Source of the DNA: Streptosporangiales bacterium
GTDB lineage: Bacteria; Actinomycetota; Actinomycetes; Streptosporangiales; WHST01
Length of the DNA: 64,000 bases
Assembly (NCBI GenBank): GCA_009379955.1
Contig: WHST01000007.1
Location: forward strand, 6,267-70,266
Direction of reading: 5' to 3'
Made by a program: the position numbers and the translations under genes. The notes beneath the pieces were generated by a model. That model ran no database searches. It was not told where the DNA came from and worked only from the letters and a program-made list of their open reading frames with translations. Shown piece after piece: positions 62,280 through 64,000 of this stretch. Position 1 is the first letter of the stretch. Every line of letters starts with the position of its first letter.

Positions 62280-62321
62280 TTCGTTGCGTCTTCGTTCACA
62301 TATCGGCGCTTCGTTGCGTCT
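62280..62321. promoter_or_regulatory. Two exact 12-bp direct repeats, TTCGTTGCGTCT, 30 bp apart in the rocD/lrp divergent region
   Basis: Copies lie at 62280-62291 and 62310-62321, with a partial third (CTTCGTTCAC) between them. Confidence 0.5.
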
Positions 62322-62336
62322 GGTGGGAGGTCCGGA

Positions 62337-62774
62337 GTGGACGCGATCGACCAGCGGGTGATCGGTTGCCTGGTCAGGAACGCGCGCAGCACGTACGCGG
62401 AGATCGGCGCCGAGGTCGGCCTGTCCGCGCCCGCGGTCAAGCGCCGGATGGATCGGCTGGTCGCGAGCGGGGTGATCCGGGGGTTCACCGCCGTCGTCGA
62501 CCCCGACGCGCTCGGCTGGACGACGGAGGCGTACGTGCAGGTCTACTGCAAGGGCGTGGTCGCCGCGCACGACCTCGGTCGCAGCCTGGAACGGGTGCCC
62601 GAGGTGGTGAGTGCCTGCACGATCTCCGGCGGGGCGGACGCGATGGTGCACATGCTCGCGTCCGACATCAGGCAGCTGGAGCAGGCGATCGAACGCGTCC
62701 GCGACGAGCCGAACATCGACCACACCGAGAGCGTGATCGTCCTGTCCCGCCTCGTCGACCGGGGCCAGGCCTGA
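62337..62774 (+). CDS. Lrp/AsnC family transcriptional regulator
   Basis: GTG at 62337 (GGGAGG upstream) in ORF 62232..62774. Reads VDAIDQRVIGCLVRNARSTYAEIGAEVGLSAPAVKRRMDRLVASGVI, followed by an RAM/ACT-like domain. Confidence 0.9.
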   Translation: MDAIDQRVIGCLVRNARSTYAEIGAEVGLSAPAVKRRMDRLVASGVIRGFTAVVDPDALGWTTEAYVQVYCKGVVAAHDLGRSLERVPEVVSACTISGGADAMVHMLASDIRQLEQAIERVRDEPNIDHTESVIVLSRLVDRGQA

Positions 62775-62884
62775 GCCGTCGGCCCTGCCGGTTCTTGGTC
62801 GTACGTTCACCGCGCGGATGCTCCGTCCGCACCCGGCACCGGTAGAACCGGGGGTGGTCGCCTGGTGGTGAGGGAGGCACGGTC

Positions 62885-64000
62885 ATGTCCACGAGGTTCG
62901 CGTTCGGGATCGGGCTCGTGGTGGCGTTGCTGGTCGGTGCGATGGGCGCGGGGGACGGGCGATCGACCGCCACGGCGTCGGATCGGAGGGACACTCCGCT
63001 ACGGGTCATGGCGTTCAACATCTTCCTCGGCGGCACCTACAACGGGGGCGAGGAGAACCTGCGCCAGATCGTCGAGTTCGTCCGCGCGGAACGTCCCGAC
63101 GTCGTCTTCATGGTCGAGACGTACGGGTCGGGCGCGACGATCGAGGAGGGACTCAACGAGGGCCTCCCGCCCGACCGCCGCTACCGCGGCATCCAGATCA
63201 CCCGGGAGCCCGGGCAGCCGGCGGACGACGACAACCTCTGGCTGTTCACCCGCTACCCGGTCGCCGAGGTCTACCCGCGGGTGACCGACGCACCGGTCAC
63301 GTCGTTCCACTTCGGTGGGGCACGCCTCACGATGCCGTCGGGCAGGGAGGTGAACGTCTTCACGGTCTGGCTCGACGCCCTCGAACGCGCGTGGTTCCCC
63401 ACCGACGCCACGGCACTCGACCGCGCGTACGGCTTCGAGCCCGGCCACACCGAGGAGCAGATCGCCGCCACGGACCACTCCGCCAGGTACGCGAAGGCGG
63501 TCACGATCCTGGAGCAGATCCTGCCGCGCCTGGTGCCGGACGAGGACGCCCCCGTGGTCATCGGCGGCGACCTGAACACGCTGTCGGCGTACGACTGGTC
63601 GAAGCGGTTCGCCGGCGCCTACAGCCACGAGGGCCTCACCGTCGACTGGCCGGTGACCAACGCCTTCGCCGACGCCGGCTTCACCGACACCTACCGGGAC
63701 GTGTACCCGGATGCCGGCAGGTACCCGGGGCGCACCTGGTCGCCGTACTGGGGCTTCGGCTACTCACCCGCCCGCATCGACTACGTCTGGACGCGCGGGC
63801 GCGGCCTCGACGTGGCGTCGTCGCACACCCGTACCGACCGGCTGCCGCGGCACGAGGGAGCGGCCGTCGACGAGGAGTATCCGTTCTACTCCGACCACGG
63901 CGCGCTCGTCACCGACCTCGTCGTCGAGGGTGGCGGAGGCGCGCCCTTCGGTCGACCGCGGCTCGACCGAGACCGGCCGGTCGCGCCCCCGGAGCGGCCG
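62885..64000 (+). CDS. secreted endonuclease/exonuclease/phosphatase (EEP) family protein; the 3' end runs off the right edge
   Basis: Absent from the ORF track because no stop lies in the window. The ATG at 62885 gives MSTRFAFGIGLVVALLVGAMG (signal peptide), then LRVMAFNIFLGG, DVVFMVETY, IGGDLN and YSDHGALV, typical EEP motifs. 372 stop-free codons. Confidence 0.8.
   Translation, partial: MSTRFAFGIGLVVALLVGAMGAGDGRSTATASDRRDTPLRVMAFNIFLGGTYNGGEENLRQIVEFVRAERPDVVFMVETYGSGATIEEGLNEGLPPDRRYRGIQITREPGQPADDDNLWLFTRYPVAEVYPRVTDAPVTSFHFGGARLTMPSGREVNVFTVWLDALERAWFPTDATALDRAYGFEPGHTEEQIAATDHSARYAKAVTILEQILPRLVPDEDAPVVIGGDLNTLSAYDWSKRFAGAYSHEGLTVDWPVTNAFADAGFTDTYRDVYPDAGRYPGRTWSPYWGFGYSPARIDYVWTRGRGLDVASSHTRTDRLPRHEGAAVDEEYPFYSDHGALVTDLVVEGGGGAPFGRPRLDRDRPVAPPERP

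Overview
High-GC (by eye above 70 percent) actinobacterial chromosomal segment, densely coding on both strands. I saw no rRNA, tRNA, CRISPR array, transposase or integrase. All calls rest on reading the supplied translations and the DNA by eye; nothing was searched against a database, and most start codons are approximate.

The conserved backbone is respiratory and menaquinone-related: demethylmenaquinone methyltransferase (1600-2301), a MenJ-like geranylgeranyl reductase (23085-24359), a complete nuoA-N complex I operon (24460-40344) and a polyprenyl diphosphate synthase (40360-41364).

Between menG and the reductase lies about 21 kb of accessory-looking genes:
- a MarR regulator with a methyltransferase, and an autoinhibited-type Fic protein
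- ramB with isocitrate lyase and malate synthase
- an Nramp-like transporter
- a mixed catabolic cluster: class IV aminotransferase, mandelate-racemase-type enolase, a creatinase-like M24-fold protein, a CUT1 ABC importer, a Gfo/Idh/MocA oxidoreductase, a ceramidase-like protein and a ROK regulator
- a 5'-truncated peptidase gene abutting an unusual repeat-plus-hairpin array

Downstream of the nuo block:
- a DUF559-type endonuclease-fold gene preceded by a 133-nt nested inverted repeat
- a TetR regulator with an FAD monooxygenase
- a tripartite tricarboxylate transporter (TTT) operon that also carries a CoA-transferase and an enoyl-CoA hydratase, with a GntR regulator
- an orphan ccsA-like gene
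- an MFS transporter with a MerR regulator, and msrA
- a pair of secreted proteins: a Tat-signal 828-aa protein of unrecognised family and a 10-repeat FG-GAP protein
- rocD with an Lrp regulator, and a partial endonuclease/exonuclease/phosphatase (EEP) family gene

The most unexplained signals are non-coding: the nested inverted repeat at 41418-41550, the four-box plus hairpin array at 22796-22955, and the four-hairpin tract at 9248-9468. The secreted pair and the mixed catabolic cluster are the most unexplained coding regions.
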